From an uncultured delta proteobacterium (GTDB lineage: Bacteria > Desulfobacterota > Desulfomonilia > UBA1062): a DNA stretch of 64,000 nucleotides. Shown one piece after another: positions 1-10,609 of this stretch. The first letter of the stretch is position 1, and each line of letters starts with the position of its first letter. Below the pieces are notes generated by a model. That model ran no database searches. It saw nothing but the letters and a program-made list of their open reading frames with translations, and was not told where the DNA came from. A program made the translations under genes and the position numbers. The DNA is taken from NCBI GenBank assembly GCA_963798485.1, contig CAWCTR010000008.1:32001-96000 (forward strand), read 5' to 3'.

Positions 1-298
1 TAAGATGTTTGTTTTCCTTGTCAGTCACTACGCAGGTAATGGAATAAGAGCCGGGAGTTTTCGGCGCTATCCAGTAAGTGGAATAGGGTATGGTATCGGG
101 TACATCAAGCACCCCCCCTGTTGCCGTCCATTGGTAGGTCATAGGTGGGTTGTCGGTCAGTGAATTTGCCAGGACATAGATCCGCTGGCCTGAAACCACA
201 TTATCATTGGATACGCTGACATCCGACGGCACAGGGTTTGATGCGGAGCATCCAAGGACCATGACCAACATTATGCATGCAAAGAGAATTATTTTCAA
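1..298 (-). CDS. Putative lipoprotein with Ig/PKD-like domain (runs off window edge; not in ORF track)
   Basis: Manual translation from TTG at 298 with GGAGG RBS: MKIILFACIMLVMVLGC (lipobox-like), then beta-rich ...MTYQWTATGG...WIAPKTPGSYSITCVVTD; open to base 1. Confidence 0.65.
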   Translation of the reverse strand, partial: MKIILFACIMLVMVLGCSASNPVPSDVSVSNDNVVSGQRIYVLANSLTDNPPMTYQWTATGGVLDVPDTIPYSTYWIAPKTPGSYSITCVVTDKENKHL

Positions 299-418
299 AT
301 CCGCCTCCAAGGGGTAATCACTTTTGTGATCTATCAGATCCATAAGATCAACGCAAGATTTCATGAAGGATTGTCATTTCAGGCATGAATTGGTATGGTT
401 TGGAGTGAAGGAGTCTTT

Positions 419-2074
419 ATGATTTTAGGTATCGATATCGGCGGCACGCACACGGATGCAGTATGTCTGGCAGGAAGAAAAATCTTTTCTACGGTCAAAA
501 CCGCTACAGGAGATGACCTTGTGGGCTCCATCCTGGAGGCTGTTAACAGCCTCGGTATCGATTACAAGGGCGTCAAGAGGGTGGTTCTGTCTACAACGTT
601 ATCCACAAATGCCATCGTGGAGAAGAAATATGCAAAGACCGGCATGATCGTCTCTGCAGGGCCGGGTATAGATCCCAGCCATTATTTTCTGACTGATGCG
701 TTCCATCTGGTCTCTGGCGCAATTGACCACCGGGGCCGTGAATATGTGCCGATTGATAAAAAAGAGGTTCTTCGTGCATCACGGAGCATGTTAGACTCCA
801 ATGTAGCAGGTGTTGGTGTTGTCTCTAAATTCTCAGTCAGGAACACCGCCCATGAATCGATCATAGCATCATTAATAAAGGATGATTTCAACTATATTAG
901 CCAGGGTCATACCATGAGTGGTAGTCTGAATTTCCCGAGACGTCTGAACACCACGTATCTCAATGTAGCGGTTATGCCTGTGCAGGAAGGCTTTGTTTCA
1001 GCCGTACAGAAGGCGCTGGCCAAGCTGGGGATTGATGCCCCATTGCTGTTTCTCAAGGCGGACGGCGGGACCTATGCCTCATCAGCTGCGAACAGGCTCC
1101 CGGTGGAGACCATCCTGTCCGGCCCTGCGGCAAGCATGATGGGGGCCTTAGCACTGACAAAAATGCAGGAAGGGACAGCATTGGTGCTGGATGTCGGCGG
1201 TACTACAACGGACATCGGGATCCTCCTGAATGGCAGCCCCCTCCTGGAGCCGCAAGGGGTGGACATTGGCGGTCTCAAGACACTGGTGCGCGGACTTAAT
1301 GTAATCTCTGTGGGCGTCGGCGGCGATTCATGCGTGCGGGCCGAAGACGGCGGGCTCAAGGTTGGTCCTGGAAGAAGCGGCCCGCCGGCCTGTATGGGGG
1401 GTGTTGCGCCTACGCCCATGGATGCATTCGCCGTGCTTGGCGATCACACTATAGGAGACCTTAGAAAGGCCAAAGACGCACTCTTGCCGCTTAGTGAGGC
1501 CTTGGGTATGGATTCAACCGAGCTCAGCTCCAGGGTTATTTCGGTTATGGTTGCAAATATCAAGAAGGCGACCCTGGACTTTGTAGATGAGGTGAACAGC
1601 CACCCTGTTTATACCATCTATGAGATGCTCCACCCCGACATTATCAGGCCGTCTCGGGTGATACTCATCGGAGGTCCGTCACGGTTGCTTAAGCCTTATA
1701 TCGAGGCTGCGTTCAATATGGAATGTGAGGTGCCCGAGCATGCAATGGTGGCCAATGCCCTGGGCGCCGCCCTTGCGCGAACAACGGCCCAGATAACCTT
1801 GCTTGCCGATACCCAGCTAAAGAGGATAATCTGTCCTGAACTGCACCTGGAAAAGGAGGCCGCCCAGACCCTGAGTATCGATGAGCTGAAGGCCTTTGGA
1901 TTTGACGCCATCAGGGCGAATGCCTCCCTGCTGGGGCTTAGTGATGATATGGAACTTAGCGTCATCGAGGAACATTGCTTCAACATGATAAGGGGATTTT
2001 CCACCGTGGGCAGGAACATGAGGGTCAAGATACAGACAAGGCCCGGGATCCTGCGTGAATGGAGCTCTCAATGA
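419..2074 (+). CDS. Hydantoinase/oxoprolinase A-subunit family protein (actin-like ATPase fold)
   Basis: GIDIGGTHTDAV, STTLSTNAIVE, SGPAAS, DVGGTTTDI, GVGGDS and GPACMGG motifs. Confidence 0.88.
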   Translation: MILGIDIGGTHTDAVCLAGRKIFSTVKTATGDDLVGSILEAVNSLGIDYKGVKRVVLSTTLSTNAIVEKKYAKTGMIVSAGPGIDPSHYFLTDAFHLVSGAIDHRGREYVPIDKKEVLRASRSMLDSNVAGVGVVSKFSVRNTAHESIIASLIKDDFNYISQGHTMSGSLNFPRRLNTTYLNVAVMPVQEGFVSAVQKALAKLGIDAPLLFLKADGGTYASSAANRLPVETILSGPAASMMGALALTKMQEGTALVLDVGGTTTDIGILLNGSPLLEPQGVDIGGLKTLVRGLNVISVGVGGDSCVRAEDGGLKVGPGRSGPPACMGGVAPTPMDAFAVLGDHTIGDLRKAKDALLPLSEALGMDSTELSSRVISVMVANIKKATLDFVDEVNSHPVYTIYEMLHPDIIRPSRVILIGGPSRLLKPYIEAAFNMECEVPEHAMVANALGAALARTTAQITLLADTQLKRIICPELHLEKEAAQTLSIDELKAFGFDAIRANASLLGLSDDMELSVIEEHCFNMIRGFSTVGRNMRVKIQTRPGILREWSSQ

Positions 2075-3378
2075 TCAAGGCAAAAAAAAGGACAGGGCTT
2101 ATCTTTTTTCCTGCATACGATTGGGAGATCACACCCACCCATCCTGAACGCAAGGAGAGACTCCTCTATACCCAGGATCAGGTCTTGGAAGAGGGTATCC
2201 TCGATATTGAGGGCATCCGTGAGTTCAAGGCAGGTCTTGCAGATGAGCATGACATCAACCGTGCCCATTTCTGCGTCCCTGATGTCGGTTCACGGATTAC
2301 ACAATCGCACAATATCTCGGCAGGCGGCTGCATCGAGGCTGCCCGTCTTGTTCTGGAAGGCGTAGTGGACAACGCCTTTGCCCTGGTGAGGCCCCCGGGA
2401 CACCATGCCATGAGGGTGGTCCAGGGCGCCCGCGGTTTCTGCAACATCAATATCGAGGCCGTGATGGTAGAATGGGTGAGGAGCCATTACCCAAGGATTA
2501 AAAAGGTCGCAATCGTTGATACGGATTGCCACCATGGAGACGGCACCCAGGACATCTATTGGCATGACCCCGATGTATTGTATATCTCTATCCATCAAGA
2601 CGGCAGAACCTTGTATCCCGGGTCCGGGTTCCCATCCGAGTATGGCGGGCCCAATGCCTGTGGGTATACCTTGAATATCCCTTTGCCACCTAAGACCTGT
2701 GATGAGGGCATCCTCTATGCAATGGAAAACCTTGTGATGCCGGTCATCAAGGAATTCAAACCCGACCTTATCATCAACTCCGCAGGTCAGGATAATCATT
2801 ATTCCGATCCCATCACCAATATGTCGTTTACTGCCGGGGGCTATGCAAGGCTCAACGAAATTCTTAGGCCCGACATTTGCGTGCTCGAAGGCGGGTACTC
2901 CATAGAAGCGGCGCTTCCCTATGTGAATACGGGTATTATTCTTGCCCTGGCCGGGGTGGATTATTCTTACGTAAAGGAACCGGACCTCAATAGGGAAAAA
3001 TTAAAGCAAGACCCGAGAATCTCAGACTACACGAAACGGCTGTGCGATGAGATTCTGGCTATGTGGCAGGCCCGTGAGGGCTTGAGGCCGGAGAGAAGGC
3101 CTTTCGTAGAAAGGTTCAGGAACATCTTTTATGACACGGACGGCATCACGGAAAACCAGCAAGAGGTATTCCGTTATTGCGATGCCTGCCCGGGTGCATT
3201 CAAGCTCGACTCGGCTGCATCCACGGGCTATCGCATCTTGGGCATACATGTGCCGCATGGAGCCTGCAAGGCATGCCGGGATCAGGGTATGAGCTGGTAT
3301 AATAACCCTGATGAAAGCTATTATGCCGTTTATTTACAGGATATGGATCAGGACCGGTATCTCGTAAGGAAGCTTTGA
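2071..3378 (+). CDS. Histone deacetylase family Zn-dependent amidohydrolase with Cys-containing C-terminal extension
   Basis: HPER, RPPGHH, GFC, DTDCHHGDGTQ, SAGQD and LEGGY motifs; ATGA overlap with upstream gene. Confidence 0.9.
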   Translation: MIKAKKRTGLIFFPAYDWEITPTHPERKERLLYTQDQVLEEGILDIEGIREFKAGLADEHDINRAHFCVPDVGSRITQSHNISAGGCIEAARLVLEGVVDNAFALVRPPGHHAMRVVQGARGFCNINIEAVMVEWVRSHYPRIKKVAIVDTDCHHGDGTQDIYWHDPDVLYISIHQDGRTLYPGSGFPSEYGGPNACGYTLNIPLPPKTCDEGILYAMENLVMPVIKEFKPDLIINSAGQDNHYSDPITNMSFTAGGYARLNEILRPDICVLEGGYSIEAALPYVNTGIILALAGVDYSYVKEPDLNREKLKQDPRISDYTKRLCDEILAMWQAREGLRPERRPFVERFRNIFYDTDGITENQQEVFRYCDACPGAFKLDSAASTGYRILGIHVPHGACKACRDQGMSWYNNPDESYYAVYLQDMDQDRYLVRKL

Positions 3379-3391
3379 GGCTAAGAAAGAG

Positions 3392-3418
3392 GGAGAGGGG
3401 GTTAACAGCCCCCTCTTC
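3392..3418. terminator. Hairpin between convergent genes, probable terminator
   Basis: agagggggt-taaca-gccccctct inverted repeat. Confidence 0.5.
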
Positions 3419-3441
3419 ACAAGGGTTTATCTTGTTTATTA

Positions 3442-4227
3442 TTACTTTGCCGCCATTCCTCCGTCTAAGGGGATAATGGTCCCTGTCATGAAATCCGATG
3501 CCTTGGATGCGAGGAACACTGCAAGGCCCTTGACGTGATCCTCCTCCCCATATTTGAGCAGCGGAATCTGGGCCACGGTCAGGTCGAGGATAGGCTTCAT
3601 ATCGGGTTTGAAGATGTATTCCATCATGTCTGTCCGGAAGAATCCGGGTGCGATGCAATTGATGTAGATGTTATAGCGGGCGAGCTTCACGGCAAGGTTC
3701 TTGGTAAGTACCTCAATGGCTGCCTTGGATGAGTTGTAGGCAATGGCAGGATGCCCTTCCTCAATGGACCCGCGGGAGCCGAAGATGGACGAGATGTTTA
3801 TGATCTTACCTCCGCCCTTTTCCTTCATAATGTTGGCAACCTTCTGGGTAAGGATCCAAACGCCCCGCACATTCACCTCAAAGATCTTGTCCCATCTGTC
3901 CAGAGGAAATTCCAGGGTGGGTGCACCCCATGTGATGCCTGCATTATTCACCAGGATGTCGATTTTACCGAACGCCTTCATGGTGGCCTCAACCAGGTTT
4001 GTGATATCTTCCTCAGAGGCGGTATCACACTTCAGTGCGAGCGTCTTTATCCCGAGCTTGGCCAGTTCCTGGGCTACCTTTTCGCAGTTGGCCACTTTCC
4101 TGGAAGCGATAACTACATGAGCGCCTGCCTCTGCCATTCCGTACGCAATGAATTTGCCGATGCCCCTGCCGCCACCGGTGATAATGGCGACCTTACCCTT
4201 AAGATCAAACATCTCTTGTACGTTCAT
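3442..4227 (-). CDS. SDR family oxidoreductase (gluconate 5-dehydrogenase/FabG-like)
   Basis: TGGGRGIG, NNAG, YNSSK catalytic motif. Confidence 0.9.
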   Translation of the reverse strand: MNVQEMFDLKGKVAIITGGGRGIGKFIAYGMAEAGAHVVIASRKVANCEKVAQELAKLGIKTLALKCDTASEEDITNLVEATMKAFGKIDILVNNAGITWGAPTLEFPLDRWDKIFEVNVRGVWILTQKVANIMKEKGGGKIINISSIFGSRGSIEEGHPAIAYNSSKAAIEVLTKNLAVKLARYNIYINCIAPGFFRTDMMEYIFKPDMKPILDLTVAQIPLLKYGEEDHVKGLAVFLASKASDFMTGTIIPLDGGMAAK

Positions 4228-4267
4228 TAGACTACCTCCTGTGGTGGTTTGTTTATGTCACGTATGA

Positions 4268-4858
4268 CTATCTTTCTGTAAATGGGTGATCGTATAACGC
4301 CTTGAGCCGTTTTGATGATTCATCAAGGATATGTCCGTGAAGCGACCTGCCATGAGAGTCCATGGTCACCAGGGCCGGGAAATTGTGCACGGTAAGAACC
4401 CACATGGCCTCCGGCTGCCCGAACTCGGTAAGATATACCCCCTCTACCTGAACAATTCGTTCTGCCAAATACTGCGCGGCGCCACCGGTTGCATGGAGAT
4501 ACACGCACCCGTACGCGGACATGGCCTTCAGGGTCTTTTCCCCCATGCCGCCTTTCCCCATAATGGCGCCGGGCTTGAAGTGTGAAATAATATCCGCTTC
4601 AAAGGGTTCCTCTCGCATGGAGGTCGTGGGGCCTGCCGCCACGATCTTCCATAGGCCGCTTTCCTCTTTGACGAGAGGGCCGCAATGGTAGATCACCAGA
4701 CCTTCGAGATTGATGGGCGGCTCGCCACCCGTGAAAAGGTATTTGTGTACCTGGTCGCGGCCTGTCACGATCCGGCCGGAGATGTTCACCATGTCGCCTG
4801 CGCAAAGTCCTTTAATGACATCGGGCTTGAGTGGAGAGGTGATCTGTTTCAGATCCAT
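4268..4858 (-). CDS. Fe-S hydro-lyase (class I fumarate hydratase/tartrate dehydratase) beta subunit
   Basis: GRDQVH, YHCGP, GPTTSMR, GKGGM, DSHG motifs. Confidence 0.9.
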   Translation of the reverse strand: MDLKQITSPLKPDVIKGLCAGDMVNISGRIVTGRDQVHKYLFTGGEPPINLEGLVIYHCGPLVKEESGLWKIVAAGPTTSMREEPFEADIISHFKPGAIMGKGGMGEKTLKAMSAYGCVYLHATGGAAQYLAERIVQVEGVYLTEFGQPEAMWVLTVHNFPALVTMDSHGRSLHGHILDESSKRLKALYDHPFTER

Positions 4859-5727
4859 TCCCGGATATCTCCCTCATTCGTGAGCTCAACCATGAAACGC
4901 CTGGTGGCCCAGCATGAATAGCTCACGCTCACGAAGTAGCTTGCAGGGTGCCTTCCGGCCGTGCCTATCTTCACCCCTAAAAGCGTGGTATTGCCCCCGA
5001 GGCCCATGGGCCCAATCCCTAAGGTGTTCGCCTCGGCAAGGATCGTCTGCTCCAAAGATGCCAGGACAGGCATTGTGTTCACATCCTGGAGTTTACGGAA
5101 AAGCTGTTTCTTGGCAACCAGATAACCTGACGCCCGGTCGCCTCCTATGCATACCCCGAGGATCCCGGGCGCGCAGCCCAAGCCCTGGGCCTGGAGCACA
5201 CAGTCCAGGATGCAGCGCCTTACGCCTTCCCTATCTCTGAAGGCCTGTATCCTCTGAAGGGGAAGGCTGTATTGGGTGCTCATGTTTTCAGAGCCCCCGC
5301 CCTTGAGCATAATGCCTATCCGTGTGGGTCCATCTTTGGGTTCGAAGTGGATCTGGGGGACGTATGCACCGGTATTGTCGAGGGTGTTTTCCTCGCTCAA
5401 AGGGTCTACGCAGTTCTGCCTGAGCATGCCTTCTTTGGTGAGTGCCCTTGTTGCATCTATGATGGCATCTTCTATCAGGAAGACCGATTTATCCGGGCGA
5501 CCCTCAATGATGGCCAGGAGAGCCCCGGTATCCTGACAGACAGGGAGCCTTTTCTCGCATGAAAGGGATGCGCTTTGCATGATGATGCCCAGCGTCTCAT
5601 GCGCAATAGAACTATTATCTTCATGGGCAAGGGCATTCTCAAGGGCCGAAGTGATGTCTTGGGGCAGCACGGTGCATGTCCGGTGAATGAGTTCATACAT
5701 GCTTTTCTGAACCCGTCTGTTGTCCAT
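4849..5727 (-). CDS. Fe-S hydro-lyase (class I fumarate hydratase/tartrate dehydratase) alpha subunit
   Basis: PVCQDTG, KGGGSEN, GCAPG, GIGPMGLGG, HPAS and CWA motifs. Confidence 0.9.
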   Translation of the reverse strand: MDNRRVQKSMYELIHRTCTVLPQDITSALENALAHEDNSSIAHETLGIIMQSASLSCEKRLPVCQDTGALLAIIEGRPDKSVFLIEDAIIDATRALTKEGMLRQNCVDPLSEENTLDNTGAYVPQIHFEPKDGPTRIGIMLKGGGSENMSTQYSLPLQRIQAFRDREGVRRCILDCVLQAQGLGCAPGILGVCIGGDRASGYLVAKKQLFRKLQDVNTMPVLASLEQTILAEANTLGIGPMGLGGNTTLLGVKIGTAGRHPASYFVSVSYSCWATRRFMVELTNEGDIREWI

Positions 5728-5808
5728 GGCACCACCTATAGCACAAGGGGGTAATGGTTATCAAAGGGTATGGGGTAGAGAAGGATTTCCTTAAGAGAAG
5801 ACGATATA

Positions 5809-6372
5809 TTAGGAAGTGATATGCCTCAGGTCGCGCTGGGTGTTGATATTCGAGAACAGAACTGCCGGGTCGCCGTACTTCCTGATGGTTTCTTCAGGGA
5901 CGAATAGGGTATCAGTCTGTTCAATGAGAGAGAAGATCTTCAGTATCTTACGGTCCAGCAATGCAGCAATAGCTGAAATAATCGACCTTCGATAGACGGC
6001 ATGGAGCGGCTCCCGGCCCTTGGACCACATGGGCATGACGATATCATGGCCATATGCCTGGGAGATCATGTGCGAAATGAGGCCGGCATTCAGGTTGGGC
6101 ATATCTGCGGCACAGACAAAGCAATATTCGGCATCAGTGGCCATAAGGCCGGTATAGATGCCCCCTAGTGGGCCGCAACCCGGCCTGATGTCTTCTACTA
6201 CCCGGAAGTTTTCCAGGTCTTTCCGTTTATGCCCAATAAGGATAATCTCATCGAAGAGAGGTTGTATGGTATCGACCACATGCCCTATAAGCGGCTTGCC
6301 CTTGAATTGCGAGAGAACCTTATCGCTGCCGTACCTCTCGGATTTACCACCAATGAGTACAACCCCGGTCAT
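5809..6372 (-). CDS. mobA: Molybdenum cofactor guanylyltransferase
   Basis: LIGGKSERYGSDK, GPLGGI, ADMP, EPLHAVY, NINT motifs. Confidence 0.88.
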   Translation of the reverse strand: MTGVVLIGGKSERYGSDKVLSQFKGKPLIGHVVDTIQPLFDEIILIGHKRKDLENFRVVEDIRPGCGPLGGIYTGLMATDAEYCFVCAADMPNLNAGLISHMISQAYGHDIVMPMWSKGREPLHAVYRRSIISAIAALLDRKILKIFSLIEQTDTLFVPEETIRKYGDPAVLFSNINTQRDLRHITS

Positions 6373-6503
6373 GAAAGGTTTTGTAAAGTCCTGGTGTATC
6401 CACAGTCAAGTATAAAGTCTGATTCGGTTCGTTCATTTTGAATACGATGTTTCTTGCTTGACATGTTGCCTGTTCTCATAAAAAATAGGTTAAATGGGAA
6501 CCT

Positions 6504-6538
6504 AAAGGCCATGGGCGATAAAGTCCATGGCCTTTTTT
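6504..6538 (+). promoter_or_regulatory. Terminator-like hairpin plus T-tract in the leuA leader
   Basis: aaaggccatgggc-gataaa-gtccatggcctttttt; TTGACA at 6458-6463 upstream. Confidence 0.55.
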
Positions 6539-6556
6539 ATATGAAAGGAGAATGAA

Positions 6557-8104
6557 ATGGATGACTCTCAGAACAAGGTATTTATCTTTGACACCACCCT
6601 CAGGGATGGCGAGCAGTCTCCCGGCTGCAGCATGAACCTGGATGAAAAACTCCATCTGGCCAGAGCGCTTGAAAAGCTCGGGGTCGACATAATCGAAGCA
6701 GGTTTCCCCGTGGCATCCGAGGGTGACTTTGTTTCTGTCAGACAGATTGCCCGCGAAATAAGGGGGGTGCAGGTTGCAGGGCTTGCCAGGGCAAACCTGA
6801 AGGATATCGATCGCGCATGGGAAGCCATCAAAGATGCCGCACATCCTCGTATCCATACGTTCATTTCCTCATCCGATATCCACCTCAAGTATCAGCTCCG
6901 TAAGACAAGGGAAGAGGTCTTGAAAGAGGCGTGCGCGGCTGTTAAGCATGCCTGCGGGTATACGAAGAACGTCGAGTTTTCTCCCATGGATGCCACCAGG
7001 AGCGACAAAGGGTATCTGTGCGAGATGGTGGAGGCGGTCATTGCGTGCGGGGCCACTACGGTCAACATCCCGGACACGGTCGGTTATGCTATCCCGGAGG
7101 AATTCGGTGCATTGATCGCCCATCTGTTTGAAAAGGTGAAAAACATCTCTCAGGCTATTATCTCCGTGCACTGCCACAACGACCTCGGCCTGGCGGTTGC
7201 CAACTCTCTGGCCGCCATACGCAGCGGTGCAAGGCAGGTTGAATGCACCATAAACGGCATCGGCGAGCGGGCGGGCAATGCCGCCATGGAAGAGCTTGTC
7301 ATGGCTATTACGACACGCAAAGACCTGTTCGGACTCCATATGGGGATCAAAACGGAGAACCTCTACCAGACCTCCCGGCTGCTCACCCAGATTACCGGTG
7401 TGCGTGTCCAGCCGAACAAGGCCATTGTGGGTGCCAATGCCTTTGCCCATGAATCCGGCATTCACCAGGACGGCCTGATCAAAGAAAAGCTTACTTATGA
7501 GATCATGACGCCACAGTCAGTGGGAATACCTGACAGCCATATCGTTTTAGGAAAGCATTCCGGACGGCATGCCATTATCAATCATCTCAAGCAGCTTGGG
7601 TATGACCTGAACGATGAAGAATTGAACAGGGTCTTTGTCCGCTTCAAGGAACTGGCCGACATGAAGAAGGAAATCTTCGATGAAGACCTCGAGACCATCC
7701 TCTACGAAGAGGTTTTGAGGATTGAAGAGAAGTACAAACTTGTCTATCTCAATGTGGTGAGCGGCAATGTCGCCATCCCTACTGCGACCATGCAGATGGA
7801 GATAGACGCTAAGATCGTCCAGGATGCAGGGTTTGGCGTGGGGCCTGTGGATGCAACCTTTGCTGCCATCCGGAAGATCACCGGCACCGGCTATGACCTG
7901 ATGAAATATACGGTCAATGCCGTAACCGGCGGAACGGATGCCCAGGGCGAAGCCACGGTGCAATTGAAATACAACAACCGCTCCGTTACCGGACACGGGG
8001 CACACCCTGATGTACTGGTGGCCTCGGCCAAGGCCTATATCAATGCGCTGAACCGTATCGAGTGGCTCAAGAAAGACGAGGGTAGTAATCCGGCAGACAA
8101 ATAA
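6557..8104 (+). CDS. leuA: 2-isopropylmalate synthase
   Basis: [38 protein letters not shown]; C-terminal regulatory domain (GPVDA). Confidence 0.95.
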   Translation: MDDSQNKVFIFDTTLRDGEQSPGCSMNLDEKLHLARALEKLGVDIIEAGFPVASEGDFVSVRQIAREIRGVQVAGLARANLKDIDRAWEAIKDAAHPRIHTFISSSDIHLKYQLRKTREEVLKEACAAVKHACGYTKNVEFSPMDATRSDKGYLCEMVEAVIACGATTVNIPDTVGYAIPEEFGALIAHLFEKVKNISQAIISVHCHNDLGLAVANSLAAIRSGARQVECTINGIGERAGNAAMEELVMAITTRKDLFGLHMGIKTENLYQTSRLLTQITGVRVQPNKAIVGANAFAHESGIHQDGLIKEKLTYEIMTPQSVGIPDSHIVLGKHSGRHAIINHLKQLGYDLNDEELNRVFVRFKELADMKKEIFDEDLETILYEEVLRIEEKYKLVYLNVVSGNVAIPTATMQMEIDAKIVQDAGFGVGPVDATFAAIRKITGTGYDLMKYTVNAVTGGTDAQGEATVQLKYNNRSVTGHGAHPDVLVASAKAYINALNRIEWLKKDEGSNPADK

Positions 8105-8110
8105 GATTTA

Positions 8111-8593
8111 TCACAGATGCTTCACGTAGATAATCTTGCTGTCGCCCGGTGAATAATAATCATGAAGCGTGGCCTCTTGGTGGTAGCCGGCATTGAGGTA
8201 GAACCCCTGGGTGCGCTTGTAGAGGTCTCTGGAGGAAGTCTCTATGTATACGCGCATGCCTTTTATGGCACGGATCTTTTTCTCAGTCCTCACTAAGAGA
8301 TCTTTACCGATGCCTGACCCCTGGTGGTCACTGTGAACAGCGATCCAATAGAGGTCGAAGCTGCCTACCGTGCAGGGGATACGGCCGTAGCAGGTATAAC
8401 CCAGGACTTTACCGCTCTTGTCTGCGCAGAAGAGAAAGAGGTAGTCGCTGATCGACCCTCCTGAGGCGCCCGCATCGACGAGCTCCACTGCTACCTCGAT
8501 CTCCTCGGCAGTGAAGAACCCGGTGGACTCCACAATCCCTTTCACGGTTTTCATGTCTGCAGGGGTAACATAATCTCGAAAGGTGTATTTCAT
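8111..8593 (-). CDS. GNAT family N-acetyltransferase
   Basis: LYWIAV...QGSGIG acetyl-CoA motif, FY..GY. Confidence 0.88.
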   Translation of the reverse strand: MKYTFRDYVTPADMKTVKGIVESTGFFTAEEIEVAVELVDAGASGGSISDYLFLFCADKSGKVLGYTCYGRIPCTVGSFDLYWIAVHSDHQGSGIGKDLLVRTEKKIRAIKGMRVYIETSSRDLYKRTQGFYLNAGYHQEATLHDYYSPGDSKIIYVKHL

Positions 8594-8629
8594 GTGCGGG
8601 TGTGTTTTCTTGGCGCGGATGCCCCTGGA

Positions 8630-9619
8630 TTACTGACGCAAGGCGTCCTTTACAATGCGTGCTATCATGTCATGGTAGAGGACGCCCGACTTTTCGGAAG
8701 CCGCCATGAAGCCGCCGTTGGGTGAGATGCACGGGTTGGCATTTATCTCAAGGACCCAGGGCTTGTTATCGGCGTCCACCCTGACATCTACCCGGGCATA
8801 ACCCTTAAGATCAAAGCCTTCCCAACACTTCTGCGCAAGACACCTGAGCTCTGAGAGCAGTGGTGCATCTTCGGGCGGAAAGTCAAGCACACGCGTCGTG
8901 CCTTCATATTCAGGTGAGCCCTCTATCCACTTGGCCTTATAGTCCACTATCTTGGGCATGTGCTCCGCGTAGTCAAAGGTTATCTCGGCAGGCAGCAGGA
9001 CTTGTGGGCCGTCAATGCCTGCAAGCAGTGCAAGGTTGAACTCCCGGCCGTCTATATAACGCTCTGCAAAGCACGGCTTCCCGAGTTTCAGGGTCTTCTG
9101 ATGGAGAAGGTCCATGAGCTCGTCCAGGTCACGCACATCCACTACTGATTCACTATCGAGTCCGATGGATGCCTCCTCCCACTGGGCCTTTATAATATAC
9201 CGGCAAGGGAAGGGGGGCTCACATTCGATCTGTTTACCCGGCACGACCCACTCCGGGGTAGGTATTTCGATAAGCCGCATCCATCTTTTGGTCAATACCT
9301 TGTTTGATGTGATGAACATGGCCTCAGCCCCGGCGCCGGTATAGGGAATCTTGAGATGGTCAAGGTAGGAGCAGGCCAGGTGAATGAGCTGTCCATCGCC
9401 GTTGATGCACTCCACCAAGTTAAAGACACAAAGGGGTTTTAGATTTTTCAGTCCGGATGAGAAGCCTCTTTTTCCGAGCTCAAAAGGCATGATTTGAGTA
9501 TCATAGCCCATCTTCTTCAGTTCAATGTCCACGGCCTCTACCTGGTCCAGTACATCCCAGTCATCAGGCCCTGCTTTTTTCGGGACCGGCTGATGGAGGA
9601 TAAGAATAGTCTCGCTCAT
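8630..9619 (-). CDS. D-Ala-D-Ala ligase-like ATP-grasp ligase (copy 2)
   Basis: VFNLVE, IPYTGA, EEASIG, ERYIDGREF, YARVD, LEINANP. Confidence 0.85.
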   Translation of the reverse strand: MSETILILHQPVPKKAGPDDWDVLDQVEAVDIELKKMGYDTQIMPFELGKRGFSSGLKNLKPLCVFNLVECINGDGQLIHLACSYLDHLKIPYTGAGAEAMFITSNKVLTKRWMRLIEIPTPEWVVPGKQIECEPPFPCRYIIKAQWEEASIGLDSESVVDVRDLDELMDLLHQKTLKLGKPCFAERYIDGREFNLALLAGIDGPQVLLPAEITFDYAEHMPKIVDYKAKWIEGSPEYEGTTRVLDFPPEDAPLLSELRCLAQKCWEGFDLKGYARVDVRVDADNKPWVLEINANPCISPNGGFMAASEKSGVLYHDMIARIVKDALRQ

Positions 9620-9629
9620 AAATGCTCTT

Positions 9630-10607
9630 TTAAGAGATTCTCTTCATTGTGCTTGCCAGGATACGCTCGATGAGATCGTGGTATGAGATGTTAAGAAGCC
9701 TGCATATAATGGGCAGGTCCGAGTGGACAGGGTTGAGGCCCGCCAGGGGATTTACCTCGATGAAGTTCAGCTTACCTAGTCCGTCCATTCTGATATCAAC
9801 CCTTCCGCCATCCCTGCACCCAAGGGCTTTCCATGATTTAAGTGCAATATCGCTACATGCCCGGACAGTTTCCTGCTCGGGGATATGATAGTCGATGACC
9901 GACTCGTAATTCGACTTGTTGCTGAAAGAGTAAATCTTCTCACCCTCATGGTGTTTCCTGAACAGGACCTCCATAACGCCTACGACTTGCGCCCCCTGAC
10001 CAGTTCCTACGATTCCTGCGGTGAATTCACGGCCGGGCAGGTAAGTCTCCACAAGCACCGGCTGGTTGAACTCTTCCAACAGATGCGTACATAGTACAGA
10101 GAGTTGTTCTATTGTGTCAACCTTTGATGAATCATTAATGCCTTTTCCCGTACCTTCTGCTACGGGTTTGGCAAACAGTGGAAAGGGCAGGTGTATGGAA
10201 TCCACTTCATTAGGTGTTTCGATGACCACGAAATCTGCAGTGCGAATCCCGGCGGCACGGATGACGGCCTTGGTCATGCCCTTATGCAGGGTGAGCGTGA
10301 GCACGAATGGATCGGAGAATGTGTAGGGGATACGGTATGCGTCCAGAAGTGCCGGCACCAGTGCCTCTCGCCCTGCGCCATACATGCCCTCGGCAATGTT
10401 GAACACCAGGTCCCACCTATTGCCTGTGGAGAGTCTTTTGACGAGCTGTTTGACATTGCCGATGCGGTCCGTGGTGTGCCCGAGGGCCTGAAGGGCGTTA
10501 TCGATCCCGTCAATCGTGTCGATGCGGTCGAACTCGGCGGTCTCCTCGTAACCGTATCCCTCGTTCAGGTAGTCGTCTCTCAGGTCATACGTGATGCCGA
10601 TGTTCAT
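9630..10607 (-). CDS. D-Ala-D-Ala ligase-like ATP-grasp ligase (copy 1)
   Basis: VFNIAEG, KPVAEGTGKG, LPGREFT, GRVD, EVNPLAG. Confidence 0.85.
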   Translation of the reverse strand: MNIGITYDLRDDYLNEGYGYEETAEFDRIDTIDGIDNALQALGHTTDRIGNVKQLVKRLSTGNRWDLVFNIAEGMYGAGREALVPALLDAYRIPYTFSDPFVLTLTLHKGMTKAVIRAAGIRTADFVVIETPNEVDSIHLPFPLFAKPVAEGTGKGINDSSKVDTIEQLSVLCTHLLEEFNQPVLVETYLPGREFTAGIVGTGQGAQVVGVMEVLFRKHHEGEKIYSFSNKSNYESVIDYHIPEQETVRACSDIALKSWKALGCRDGGRVDIRMDGLGKLNFIEVNPLAGLNPVHSDLPIICRLLNISYHDLIERILASTMKRIS

Positions 10608-10609
10608 AT

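Noticed and set aside
8630-10607. Housekeeping ddl or van-type resistance ligases
   Set aside because: Not in a dcw or van context; N-termini differ from the canonical GG.S.E motif
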